In this document: positions 19,402-28,384 of the stretch, piece after piece
Layout of the letters: each line of letters opens with the position of its first letter
How positions within the stretch are numbered: the stretch's first letter is position 1
Assembly (NCBI GenBank): GCA_964490075.1
Contig: CAZBBK010000034.1
Location: forward strand, 1-61,806
DNA from: an uncultured Gemmatimonadota bacterium
GTDB lineage: Bacteria; GCA-2686955
Direction: 5' to 3'
DNA length: 61,806 nt
Program-made: the position numbers and the translations under genes
The notes under the pieces: model-generated
The model's input: only the letters and a program-made list of their open reading frames with translations
The model's database searches: none
Told to the model about the DNA's origin: nothing

Positions 19402-20505
19402 TGTCGCGCCCCTCCCGCCAAGCTGCCCGCGCCCTTCGGCTCCTCCTCTCGATCGTCACGGTGGTCGCGACATTCCCCGCCCACGCCGAGCCTTATCTGG
19501 CCCTGCGCAGTGGATACAAGTGTTCCTTGTGTCACAGCAACCAGACCGGGGGGGGGAAAGCGCAGCGAATTCGGATCGCTCTACGCGCAGACTTTTGTGC
19601 CGAAAACGGAGGCAGAAGGGAGCGCGATCGAGCTCTTCGATGCCAAGCTGAACGAGCAGGTGTCGGTCGGCGGGAACTTCCGATTCGTGTCGACGACCAC
19701 CTTTCGGGAAGGAAAAGACGACAGCGGATTCGACGTGAGCGGGGGCAATCTCTACCTGGAGGTCGCGGTAGTCGAGGACTTCTTGGGCATCTATGTCGAC
19801 GAACAGGTGGCACCGGGAGGCGCGCTGAGTCGGGAGGCTTTCGCGCTGGTCCGCGGCGGCAAGGGCTACCTCAAGGCCGGGCGTTTCCTCCTTCCCTACG
19901 GCCTCCGGATCGTGGACGACGACGCGTTTGTGCGGCGGGTGACCGGCTTCAACTTCGACAGCCAAGACCACGGTCTGGAGATCGGCATCGAGCCCGGGCC
20001 TCTCTCTCTTGCTTTGGCCCTGACCAACGGCACCCAGGGCGGAAAAGAGAACAACCGGGCGAAGCAAGTGTCTTTCGTCGGCTCCACCGTGCACCGGAGC
20101 TTCAGGCTGGGAGCCTCTTTCTCGTGGAACGAAGGCCCGGAAGTCACGCGCAAGGTAGCGGGCGCCTTCGCGGGGTTGAACGCGGGGCGGCTCACGCTGC
20201 TCGGAGAGATCGACGTGATCCGAGACGAGGCCGGAACGGAGCCGGAATTCGGCAACCAGCGATTGGCCTACGCCGAAGCGGATCTGCTGCTCGGTCGAGG
20301 CATCAGCCTGCGGCTGGCTGGCGATTACTGGGATCCCTTCTCGGAGATCGCCGAAGACGAGCGAACAACGCTCAGGCTCGGAATCGAGCCCTTCATCGGC
20401 CCCTTCCTCCAAGTCTGTGCCAACTACCGGTTCAGGAGCGCGCCGCCCCAACTCGAAGCGGAGAACGAGGACGGATTGGCGATCGAGCTGCACGCCTTCT
20501 TCTGA
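19401..20505 (+). pseudogene. Heme c-porin fusion (Cyc2-like architecture), frameshifted in a G9 tract
   Basis: Signal peptide AHA-EPYLA..GYKCSLCH; barrel frame resumes KRSEFG after G9 at 19548-19556; ends ELHAFF. Confidence 0.75.
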
Positions 20506-20549
20506 GACCGACCGCGCCTCCCCCCTGGGCGCCGCTCACCCGGCGGCGG

Positions 20550-20765
20550 ATGGTGGCAACGGAGATCTGGAGGAGGCGATTCGATCGAGACCTCTGTATC
20601 CTGGTGCTCGCGTACCTGCTCGGGATCACGATGGTGAGCCTCATCATCTGGGGCGGAAGCCGATTTCGCGTGCCAATCGAACCCATTGTCGTCTGCTTCG
20701 CCGCCCTTCGACTCGCCTCGCTCCGCGCGAGAGGATCGGTGCGCAGCGAAAGGGGGCAAGAGTGA
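20550..20765 (+). pseudogene. C-terminal fragment of a GT-C/ArnT-like membrane protein
   Basis: Hydrophobic LAYLLGITMVSLIIWGGSRFRVPIEPIVVCFAA. Confidence 0.4.
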
Positions 20766-21883
20766 CGAGTTGGCTGAACCGGTCGCGGCAAGGTCGGGTG
20801 GTCGAGAGGATCAGCGACACTCGGCTGCGAGTCCATCTGGAAGGTGAGGGCCGGGTCGAAGCTGGAGTGAGTCGCGCGATGCGAGGTCACGGCATCGCCG
20901 TGACCGTGGGCGACACGGCGCTGCTGCGGCCCGTGGACGCTGGAAGTTGGGAGATCATGCGCCGCCATCGCCTGGCGGGCGGACGCGAGATCCCGCTGAT
21001 CATCCCCGCCATCGATCCCGACGTCGAGTACCTGATGCAGCCGGGTGAACCCGGATGGCTCCACCCCTACAAACCGCTGATGTACGACTGGTACGATGAC
21101 TACGATCAAGATCTGTCGACCTGGATGCGCCTGGCGCGCGAGGCCGATGGACCGATCCTCGAGCTGGCCTGCGGCACGGGACGGGTGCTGCTGGAGCTGG
21201 CGCGGGCCGGTCACCAGGTGACCGGAGTCGACTTCTCGCGCCCCATGCTCGACCGCGCGATCGCCAAGCTCGCCACCGAGCCGGAGGCGGTGCGTCGACG
21301 GGTCGAGCTGATTCACGCCGACATGACCTCCTGGTCGGGAAGCGCGCGCTTCCGACTCGCCTTCATCGCCTGCAACGGGCTGCACTTCATGGGCTCGACC
21401 AGCCCTCGGCCGGCGCTCGACATGCGCCGCAAGGCGATCGAGACGCTTCTGGCTCGGCTGGAGCGGGGTGGTCTGGGCGTGATCAGCAACCTCGCGCCCG
21501 CGGAGCGCGAGCCGCCCTCATCCGTCCTGCCCGCATCGCACCTGGTGCTGCGCGGTTTCGGCCGGAACCCCAACACAGGGCGTTGGACCGCGGACTATCA
21601 GGGAAGGTGGGTAGACGACCTGACTGGGCAGCGCTACGACGGACCGTGGCGTTTCGTGGAGTATCAGGATGATGGCCGAGTGCGGGCTTTCGAGTTCGCC
21701 TCTGTGCCGCCAGTGACGGGGAAGCTCGACGTGTCGCGGCACCCGGCGCCCTTGACCCGAGACGAGACCGTGGCATTGATGCGAGAGGTCGGTTTCGATC
21801 GTGTCGAGGTGCGTGCTCCGGCCGAGCTCGGGGAACCGGGCCGTGCCGGCGATGTGGCGGTGTTTCTGGGCCGGAAGCCCTGA
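20762..21883 (+). CDS. Class I SAM methyltransferase with N-terminal IF-1-like OB domain
   Basis: ILELACGTGR, GVDFSRPML, HADM; N-terminus GRVVE..LRVHLE..VEAGVSRAMR..I.V.VGD. Confidence 0.8.
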   Translation: MTSWLNRSRQGRVVERISDTRLRVHLEGEGRVEAGVSRAMRGHGIAVTVGDTALLRPVDAGSWEIMRRHRLAGGREIPLIIPAIDPDVEYLMQPGEPGWLHPYKPLMYDWYDDYDQDLSTWMRLAREADGPILELACGTGRVLLELARAGHQVTGVDFSRPMLDRAIAKLATEPEAVRRRVELIHADMTSWSGSARFRLAFIACNGLHFMGSTSPRPALDMRRKAIETLLARLERGGLGVISNLAPAEREPPSSVLPASHLVLRGFGRNPNTGRWTADYQGRWVDDLTGQRYDGPWRFVEYQDDGRVRAFEFASVPPVTGKLDVSRHPAPLTRDETVALMREVGFDRVEVRAPAELGEPGRAGDVAVFLGRKP

Positions 21884-21899
21884 TACTCGGCGGGGGATG

Positions 21900-22604
21900 C
21901 TACCGACAGGCCACACCCCACCGGCCCATGTTGCTCCCGGCGCGGCCGGTCCCGACGCAGGGCGAATCGGCCGCGAGAGTCAGGTCTAGCCAGCCGCAGG
22001 TGCCGCCGCAGAAGAGCGGGTCAGCGTCGATATTGCCGGGACCATCATTGTCCGCCAGAATGCTGCCCGACAATTCGATCGAGCCCTGCTCCACGTAGAC
22101 GGCTCCACCTCTGTATTTCGCAGCATTGCGTCGAAACCAGCATCCGACCAGGCACGGCGAGCCCCCGGAGGCCGATACTCCACCGCCGTAGGCTTCGGCC
22201 GTGTTGGATTCGAAGTAGCAGCGCACGACGGTGGGGGAGCTGCCGGAGCAGAGAATCCCTCCGCCATACACTGACCGACCGCCCTTCAAGCTGAGGCCGG
22301 CCAGCACCGAGCTCGAGTCCTCGTTCGACTCGAACACCACCACCGATCCGCTCTGCCCGGCGTCGACCACCGTTCGCCGCACCACCTTGCGGTCGCTGGG
22401 GTCGATGCAGCTGACGACGATCGCCTTCCCCAGGAAATTCAAGGTCTCGGTGTAGGTTCCGGGAGCAACCCGGATCAGGTCGCCAGCTTCGGCGGCTTCG
22501 ATGGCGTCCTGGATTCGGGCGTGGTCACGAGGAACGCGGATCAGGGCGGACTGGCCGGAAAGCGCGACACACGACGCGCCAAGAAGCGGGAGCAAGGGTC
22601 TCAT
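21900..22604 (-). CDS. Secreted right-handed beta-helix (pectin-lyase-like) protein, short form
   Basis: SD GGAGG; VP.DH..IQDAI..A..GDLI.VAPGTY; GGGI/F..N.A repeats; GNIDADPLF, SPCVGTG. Confidence 0.7.
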   Translation of the reverse strand: MRPLLPLLGASCVALSGQSALIRVPRDHARIQDAIEAAEAGDLIRVAPGTYTETLNFLGKAIVVSCIDPSDRKVVRRTVVDAGQSGSVVVFESNEDSSSVLAGLSLKGGRSVYGGGILCSGSSPTVVRCYFESNTAEAYGGGVSASGGSPCLVGCWFRRNAAKYRGGAVYVEQGSIELSGSILADNDGPGNIDADPLFCGGTCGWLDLTLAADSPCVGTGRAGSNMGRWGVACR

Positions 22605-22789
22605 CCGCCACCTCCAGGGCTCGACTCGGGCCGACAACCGGAATGTCTCCCTTCATGGCAACGAAAAAGCGTGGATCTTGAAGCCGCACCTGGTAGATCT
22701 GGAACGCTTCGCGGCGGCGGCCCTGGGCAGGACCGTGGGGGACTGAGGGAGAACGCCCCCGCGACCGAATCATCGCCTACACTGCGCCG

Positions 22790-24070
22790 ATGCTCTTTCT
22801 GCGCGCATCGATCGGACTCTGCTTTTTCTGCGGCGTGGCCTGGCTGATGTCGAGCAATCGACGCGCCTTTCCGACCCGGGTGGTGGTCTTCGGGCTGATG
22901 CTGCAGGTGGCGCTGGCGGCCTTCATCTTGAAGACGGCGCTGGGGGTGGCGGTGTTCGAGGCGGTCGCGGGCTTCGTGGCTCAGCTGATCGGCATGACGG
23001 GAGACGGGGCTGCGCTGGTGTTTGGCGGGTTGGCCCGGGGCAACTTCGCCGATGGGGGATGGGGATTCGCCTTCGCCTTCGCCAGCTCGGGACTCACCGT
23101 CATCATCTTCTTCAGCGCACTGATGGGGGTGCTCTACCACCTGGGCATCATGCAGGTGCTGATCTACGCCATGGCGCGGGTGATGACGACTTTGATGGGC
23201 GTCAGCGGAGCGGAGTCGATGGCAATGGCGGCGAATGTCTTCGTCGGGCAGACCGAGGCGCCTTTGGTGGTGCGCCCCTACATCGCCAAGCTGACGGAAT
23301 CGGAGCTGAACGCGCTGATGACGGGGGGCTTCGCGACCATCGCCGGATCGGTGCTGGCGGTCTACATGGGCGTGCTGGGGGTCGAGTACGGCCCGCACTT
23401 GTTGACCGCGTCGGTGATGAGCGCGCCGGCGGCGTTCTTGATCGCGAAGATCGTGTTGCCCGAGACCGAAGTGTCGGTGACCGGTGCGCAGGTGGAGCTG
23501 AAGATCGAGCGCACGGCCGGCAACGTAATCGAAGCGGCGGCGAATGCGACCAGCGACGGATTGCAATTGTGGCTCAACGTGATCGCGATGCTGATCGCCT
23601 TCATGGGTTTGGTGGCTTGCGTGAACTGGCCCCTGGGTTGGCTGGGTGAGCACTTGGTGGCACTGGGGTGGATGCAGGGGGAGTTGAGCCTGGGGCGGCT
23701 CTTCGGCTGGGGATTCGCGCCGGTGGCCTGGTGCATGGGGATCGAGGGCTGGCACGACTGCCAGCTGATGGGCACGCTGCTGGGGACCAAGATCGCGGTC
23801 AACGAGTTCATCGCGTTCGAAAATATGCAGCGCATGCTGCCGGGCGCCGCGGACGGGGCAAGGGTCTTCGAGCACGCCCGCAGCGCCAAAATGGCGGCTT
23901 ACGCACTCTGCGGTTTCGCCAACTTCGCTTCGATCGGGATTCAGATCGGCGGCATCTCACCGCTGGCGCCGGAGCGCAAACCACTGATCTCCAGGCTGGC
24001 GCTGCGGGCAATGCTGGGGGGGGCCTTTGCCTCCTGGATGACGGCGACGGTGGCAGGAGTGTTCCTGTGA
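22790..24070 (+). CDS. CNT/NupC-family nucleoside transporter
   Basis: GAESM..AANVFVGQTEAP, MTGGFATIAG, NEFIAF, ALCGFANFASIGI. Confidence 0.95.
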   Translation: MLFLRASIGLCFFCGVAWLMSSNRRAFPTRVVVFGLMLQVALAAFILKTALGVAVFEAVAGFVAQLIGMTGDGAALVFGGLARGNFADGGWGFAFAFASSGLTVIIFFSALMGVLYHLGIMQVLIYAMARVMTTLMGVSGAESMAMAANVFVGQTEAPLVVRPYIAKLTESELNALMTGGFATIAGSVLAVYMGVLGVEYGPHLLTASVMSAPAAFLIAKIVLPETEVSVTGAQVELKIERTAGNVIEAAANATSDGLQLWLNVIAMLIAFMGLVACVNWPLGWLGEHLVALGWMQGELSLGRLFGWGFAPVAWCMGIEGWHDCQLMGTLLGTKIAVNEFIAFENMQRMLPGAADGARVFEHARSAKMAAYALCGFANFASIGIQIGGISPLAPERKPLISRLALRAMLGGAFASWMTATVAGVFL

Positions 24071-24312
24071 GTGGCGCGCTGCTCGCGGACTCCGCCCGCC
24101 GCGTGCTGATCTTCGACCAGGGCGACACCACCGACTCGTAATCCATTTCGTCAGTGGCGGACCTGGTGAGCGTCGCCGTGCCGCTCCCGGGCTTACACTG
24201 GATCGGAGCGTCGAATCCCGGGTCGCCGCAGGACCTCGTATCGATCCCACCGGTAGCCAGACAGACAGCAACCAGAAGGCGACCGCTTCGGGTACCGACG
24301 GAGGCATGAGAT

Positions 24313-26199
24313 ATGCAGATACAACGGTTTGTTTTGTTCGCGGTGTTGGGGCTCGTTCAGATGGCCCCCGCCTTTGCCTCCGACGCCGCGCGGGATCTTC
24401 TCGCGGCCCGTTTGAGCGTGGAGCCCGACCAGCTTCGAGTGGAGCACCGAGTGGTCCTGGACCTGCCCGATGGCCCGCTCCACCGGGCCAAGGTGCGCGA
24501 CCTCGCGAGCGGTCGCCTCCACTATGTCGATTACAGCCTCGGCGGCGAAGTGGCGGACGCCGACCAGCGAGCTCGCGCCCGTTTGCGCGCCCGTCTCGGC
24601 ATCGAGGGCCGGCTGAGCCGCGAAGTGGCCGAGAAGCTCCGCTCCGCCGATGGGGCGGAGCGCATCGACCTGGCGATCTGGATCCAGGGCGAGCCCGGCC
24701 GTCACTCCTTCGCATCCACCATCGCGGACGACGCAACACCCGCCGAGATTCGCCGCGCGCGTGAATCCCTCCTCGCCCACTTGCGGGATTTCGCCGAGCG
24801 CTCGCAGGCGCGCATCCTGCCGCGCATCGCCGAACTGGGCGGCAAGGTGCGCTATGCCAGCCCCATCGCGCCGCTGGTGCATATAGAGATCCCGGCACGC
24901 GCCGTGGCCGGGCTGGCCGAGCATCCGGCGGTCGACCATATCTACAGTGCCTGGGAGCAAAACCAGGACCTGCTGAACATCCAGGGCTGCACGGTCGGCG
25001 TCGATCCCCATGTCTGGGACGCGGGATTCACGGGAGCCGGCATCGTGGTGGCCCACTGCGAAGACAGCCGCGCCGATCGCGACAACACCTGCCTGGGCTG
25101 CGACGCCGGAGCCAACAAGCCAACCCACAGCAACGTCGATCAGCACTCCACCGCCTGCACCGGCATGATGGTGTCGAACGACCCCACTTTCCGCGGCATG
25201 GCATATGAGGCCTGCTACTACAGCGCCAACGGCGGGTCCTACAGCGACAGCGACATGAGCAGCGCCATCGATTCCGGCGCCGAGAACTCCGACGTGACCA
25301 GCGGATCGTGGGGCGGCAACTACAGCGGCTACTTGAACATCCACGACCGCCACACCGACTACGTGGTGCGCAACTCGCGCCATTTCGTCGACGATGCCGC
25401 CGGCAATGGCGGCAACTCGGGCTATGTCTCGAGCCCCGGCAAGGCATACAACTCCTTGTCCGCCGCCTGTGGCGACGACCGAGACACCTGCGACCCTGGC
25501 GACGATATCGTGGCCTCCCTCTCCTCGGGTCGTGATCCCATTACCACTCACAACGACCGCGAGCTTCCCGAGCTCACCGCACCCGGTACCGACATCCATT
25601 CACTGACCACCACCAGCTCGCCATACTGTGCCACCACCAGCGTCGGCAGCGGCACCAGCTACGCCGCGCCGATCATCGGTGGAATCGCGGCGCTCGCGAT
25701 GCAGGCCGAGCCCGCACTGATCGCCTGGCCTGAGGCCACCAAGGCGCTGCTCCTCGCCTCGGGACTGAACAACCTGGAAGGCGACCCACGCTTGAGCGAT
25801 CTCGACGGCACGGGTCAGGTCGATGCCAGCGCCGCGCTCACCTCGGCGGTAGCACGCCGCTGGGCGAGGGGCGTGCTCACGGCGAACCACTTCACGGATG
25901 GCGAATTCGAGGTCAGCATCGGCTCGGTCACCGCCGGCCAGCGTCTGAAAGGGGTGGTGTGCTGGGACTCCAATCCCAACGGCTCCTACAGCACCGATCC
26001 GGTGGAGGCCGATCTCGATCTGGCGATCGTCGATCCCTCCGGCACCGTCGTGGCCAGCTCCAATTCCTACGACAATACCTATGAGGTGGTGGACTTCGTC
26101 GCCGGGACATCGGGGATCTACCGCGCGCGCCTCAGCTATCGGACCTGGGACGGAGCCTCCGAGTACGTCGGCGGGGCCTGGACCCTGAGCAGCCCGTAG
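24313..26199 (+). CDS. Secreted S8 subtilase with C-terminal PPC-like domain
   Basis: Signal peptide; HSTACTG, AAGN, GTSYAAP; VVAHCE at the catalytic Asp site. Confidence 0.85.
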   Translation: MQIQRFVLFAVLGLVQMAPAFASDAARDLLAARLSVEPDQLRVEHRVVLDLPDGPLHRAKVRDLASGRLHYVDYSLGGEVADADQRARARLRARLGIEGRLSREVAEKLRSADGAERIDLAIWIQGEPGRHSFASTIADDATPAEIRRARESLLAHLRDFAERSQARILPRIAELGGKVRYASPIAPLVHIEIPARAVAGLAEHPAVDHIYSAWEQNQDLLNIQGCTVGVDPHVWDAGFTGAGIVVAHCEDSRADRDNTCLGCDAGANKPTHSNVDQHSTACTGMMVSNDPTFRGMAYEACYYSANGGSYSDSDMSSAIDSGAENSDVTSGSWGGNYSGYLNIHDRHTDYVVRNSRHFVDDAAGNGGNSGYVSSPGKAYNSLSAACGDDRDTCDPGDDIVASLSSGRDPITTHNDRELPELTAPGTDIHSLTTTSSPYCATTSVGSGTSYAAPIIGGIAALAMQAEPALIAWPEATKALLLASGLNNLEGDPRLSDLDGTGQVDASAALTSAVARRWARGVLTANHFTDGEFEVSIGSVTAGQRLKGVVCWDSNPNGSYSTDPVEADLDLAIVDPSGTVVASSNSYDNTYEVVDFVAGTSGIYRARLSYRTWDGASEYVGGAWTLSSP

Positions 26200-26207
26200 G
26201 GCGCGAC

Positions 26208-26255
26208 CCGCGCTTCCCGTCGCGAATCGTCTCGACATCGCGGCGGGAAACGCGG
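26208..26255. terminator. Hairpin between convergent protease genes
   Basis: CCGCGCTTCCCGTCGCGA / TCGCGGCGGGAAACGCGG stem; no U tract. Confidence 0.45.
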
Positions 26256-26267
26256 AACCGGAATGAC

Positions 26268-27386
26268 CTAACGAATTTCGATCGGAATGTACGCCGCGTT
26301 GTTAGATTCGGTGACTTCATCGACCGAATCGCCGTCGTCGATGATCACACCCAGGTGGCGATCGCCGGGCGACATCCACGGAATGGTGATGGTCTCGTTG
26401 TGAGTCCAGACCGTGTTGCGGCCGACGGTCAGCTCCGCTTCGGCGATGCGCCAATCCGAGCTCGAGATGGTGTTGTTGGTGGAGATGTAGAAGCCGATAT
26501 CGACGGTCTGCGTGGAACGACCGTTGTTCTCGTAGCTGAACTGCACGCGCACTCTCTGGTCGCGCCAGTAGCGATTGATGATGTAACGCTTTTCTCCGTT
26601 TGGCTCCAGCTCGAAGGGGAGCTCGGTGCCGCTGGTGTAGCTCAGGATCGTGCGGCCGTGGGTGGCGGATTCGTACTCGCTGGACCAGTCGGGTGAGCAG
26701 GATATGTCCCAGCCCAGTTCGGGCCAACGCATGCCGCTGCCGGTGCGCTTCCAGTGGGTCACCGCCAGATCATGCCCAGCGCCGCTCCACACGCCGTAGG
26801 CATCCGCGAGCCCGTCACAGGCATCCTCACCGGGACCCGTGCGATAGGTGTTTCCGTTCAAATAGAGGTGCCGCTCCGGATCGCCCAACACGTTGTAGGT
26901 GTCGGTCTCGTGCCTCATTCCCGTGCCGTGCACCAGCTCGTGCATCAGCTCCGCCCAGAACGAGAGTCCCGTGCCCTCGTACCCTTGCACGGCGAAGCGC
27001 GAGTCGGACGAGGTCCAGGGGTGGGCGGTGTTGAAGTAGATGTCGAGCTGCGTGGGCGACGAGTTGAAGAGCGGGGTCGTGATGCCGATCGGTGGTTCGT
27101 CCTCCTCTCCTGCGTAGAACCAGATCTCGTGCTGAGCGTTATTGAATCCGACATTGGTGTCGTTCATGGTCAGCCAGTACCAGAATTCGCTCGGGTTGTT
27201 GTTGAAGCGGATCATCGATCGTTCGAGCACTTCGGTGTAGGCGTTGCCGGGTGGGAAGCTGAGGGCCGCGGCACGCAGCCGCGGGTTGTAGGAGCCGGGC
27301 GCCCAGGTCCAGGAGAACTGATCGGCATGGGCCGCGGGGAGGTGGACGAGGACGAGCGCGGTCGCAACAATGGTAAGGTGTCTCAT
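26268..27386 (-). CDS. Secreted zincin metalloprotease with CARDB-like C-terminal domain
   Basis: Signal peptide; HELVHGTGMRH; C-terminal VDEVTESNN. Confidence 0.8.
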   Translation of the reverse strand: MRHLTIVATALVLVHLPAAHADQFSWTWAPGSYNPRLRAAALSFPPGNAYTEVLERSMIRFNNNPSEFWYWLTMNDTNVGFNNAQHEIWFYAGEEDEPPIGITTPLFNSSPTQLDIYFNTAHPWTSSDSRFAVQGYEGTGLSFWAELMHELVHGTGMRHETDTYNVLGDPERHLYLNGNTYRTGPGEDACDGLADAYGVWSGAGHDLAVTHWKRTGSGMRWPELGWDISCSPDWSSEYESATHGRTILSYTSGTELPFELEPNGEKRYIINRYWRDQRVRVQFSYENNGRSTQTVDIGFYISTNNTISSSDWRIAEAELTVGRNTVWTHNETITIPWMSPGDRHLGVIIDDGDSVDEVTESNNAAYIPIEIR

Positions 27387-28264
27387 CGGCCTTGCTCCTT
27401 GTTGGCCAGGCGCTGCGCCGGCAGAACGGGATTGCCACCATTGGCGCGGATCAGAGCCAGCTCGGGATCCTCCTGGCCGTTGGGCGGCGGCGGCAGAAAT
27501 AGCTGCTCTCGAGGTGGTGGCGCCGGCCGATCGAGCAACGACGGAAAGGGACGGCCGGGATTGGCGCTCGCCACGACCGGAAGTGCCGCCAGCTCGGCGG
27601 GGGTGTGGACGGTTTCGACGGCACGATCGATGGCGGCGGCCAGGTCGCTCAAGGAGAGTGTTGTCCGCTGGGCCTGTTCTTCGTCGCAGGTCCGCTCGCT
27701 CGACGCCATTGTGCCGTGCACACAGTCGTCGCGGTGGCGGTAGCGCAGTCGATCGTCGGAGTCGAGGGAGAGCACTTCTCCGCGGTCGTCGAAGACCCCG
27801 CCCTCGATCACCCGCATGCGTCCTTGACTCCAGCCGACCAATGGGACCGCGCGCCGGCAGTTCTTGCGCACGAAGAGCAGATCCTGGTCGCCGACCTCGA
27901 AGGAGGGAACGCCCGAGACGTGGAAGTCGATGCCCTCGTCGGTGAGACCGCCGGGGAAGCGCAGCGTCAGCTCGGATCCGGCGGCGCGGCCCTTGAAGAG
28001 CTCGTCGATCCGGTAGGTGACGAAGGTGTGGGGCACCGGCGGGCGCGCGGGGTTGTCGGAATGGGAGCCGGCCTCCTCGATCGCGTCGACGACGCCCAGG
28101 AAGACGATGTCGGAAGCGCCGACCTTGCGCTCCAGCGAGGCGTGGTCGAAGAGCGGCGCGGCGTGGGCGCCGGAAGCGAGGGCCAGGGGCACGGCCAGCG
28201 GCCCGAGGCGGCCAACGAGGAGCCGCCACATAGCGGGTGAGCGGACGGTCATGGGTCTCTCCAC
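27383..28264 (-). CDS. Secreted OB/TIMP-like protein coupled to the zincin
   Basis: SDIVFLGVV..TFVTYRIDELFKG..FPGG..GVPSFEVGDQDLLF; ATGA overlap; start uncertain. Confidence 0.65.
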   Translation of the reverse strand: MERPMTVRSPAMWRLLVGRLGPLAVPLALASGAHAAPLFDHASLERKVGASDIVFLGVVDAIEEAGSHSDNPARPPVPHTFVTYRIDELFKGRAAGSELTLRFPGGLTDEGIDFHVSGVPSFEVGDQDLLFVRKNCRRAVPLVGWSQGRMRVIEGGVFDDRGEVLSLDSDDRLRYRHRDDCVHGTMASSERTCDEEQAQRTTLSLSDLAAAIDRAVETVHTPAELAALPVVASANPGRPFPSLLDRPAPPPREQLFLPPPPNGQEDPELALIRANGGNPVLPAQRLANKEQGR

Positions 28265-28384
28265 GGTTGCGGCAGGGCGGGACGGGCGACCGGGATGGCC
28301 GTCACGTTCCGACTCTAAGTGCGCGCCGGCACCGAAGCTGTCGCACCTTGTCGCAACTTGTCGCGGAGGCGAACGCCGCCGTGG

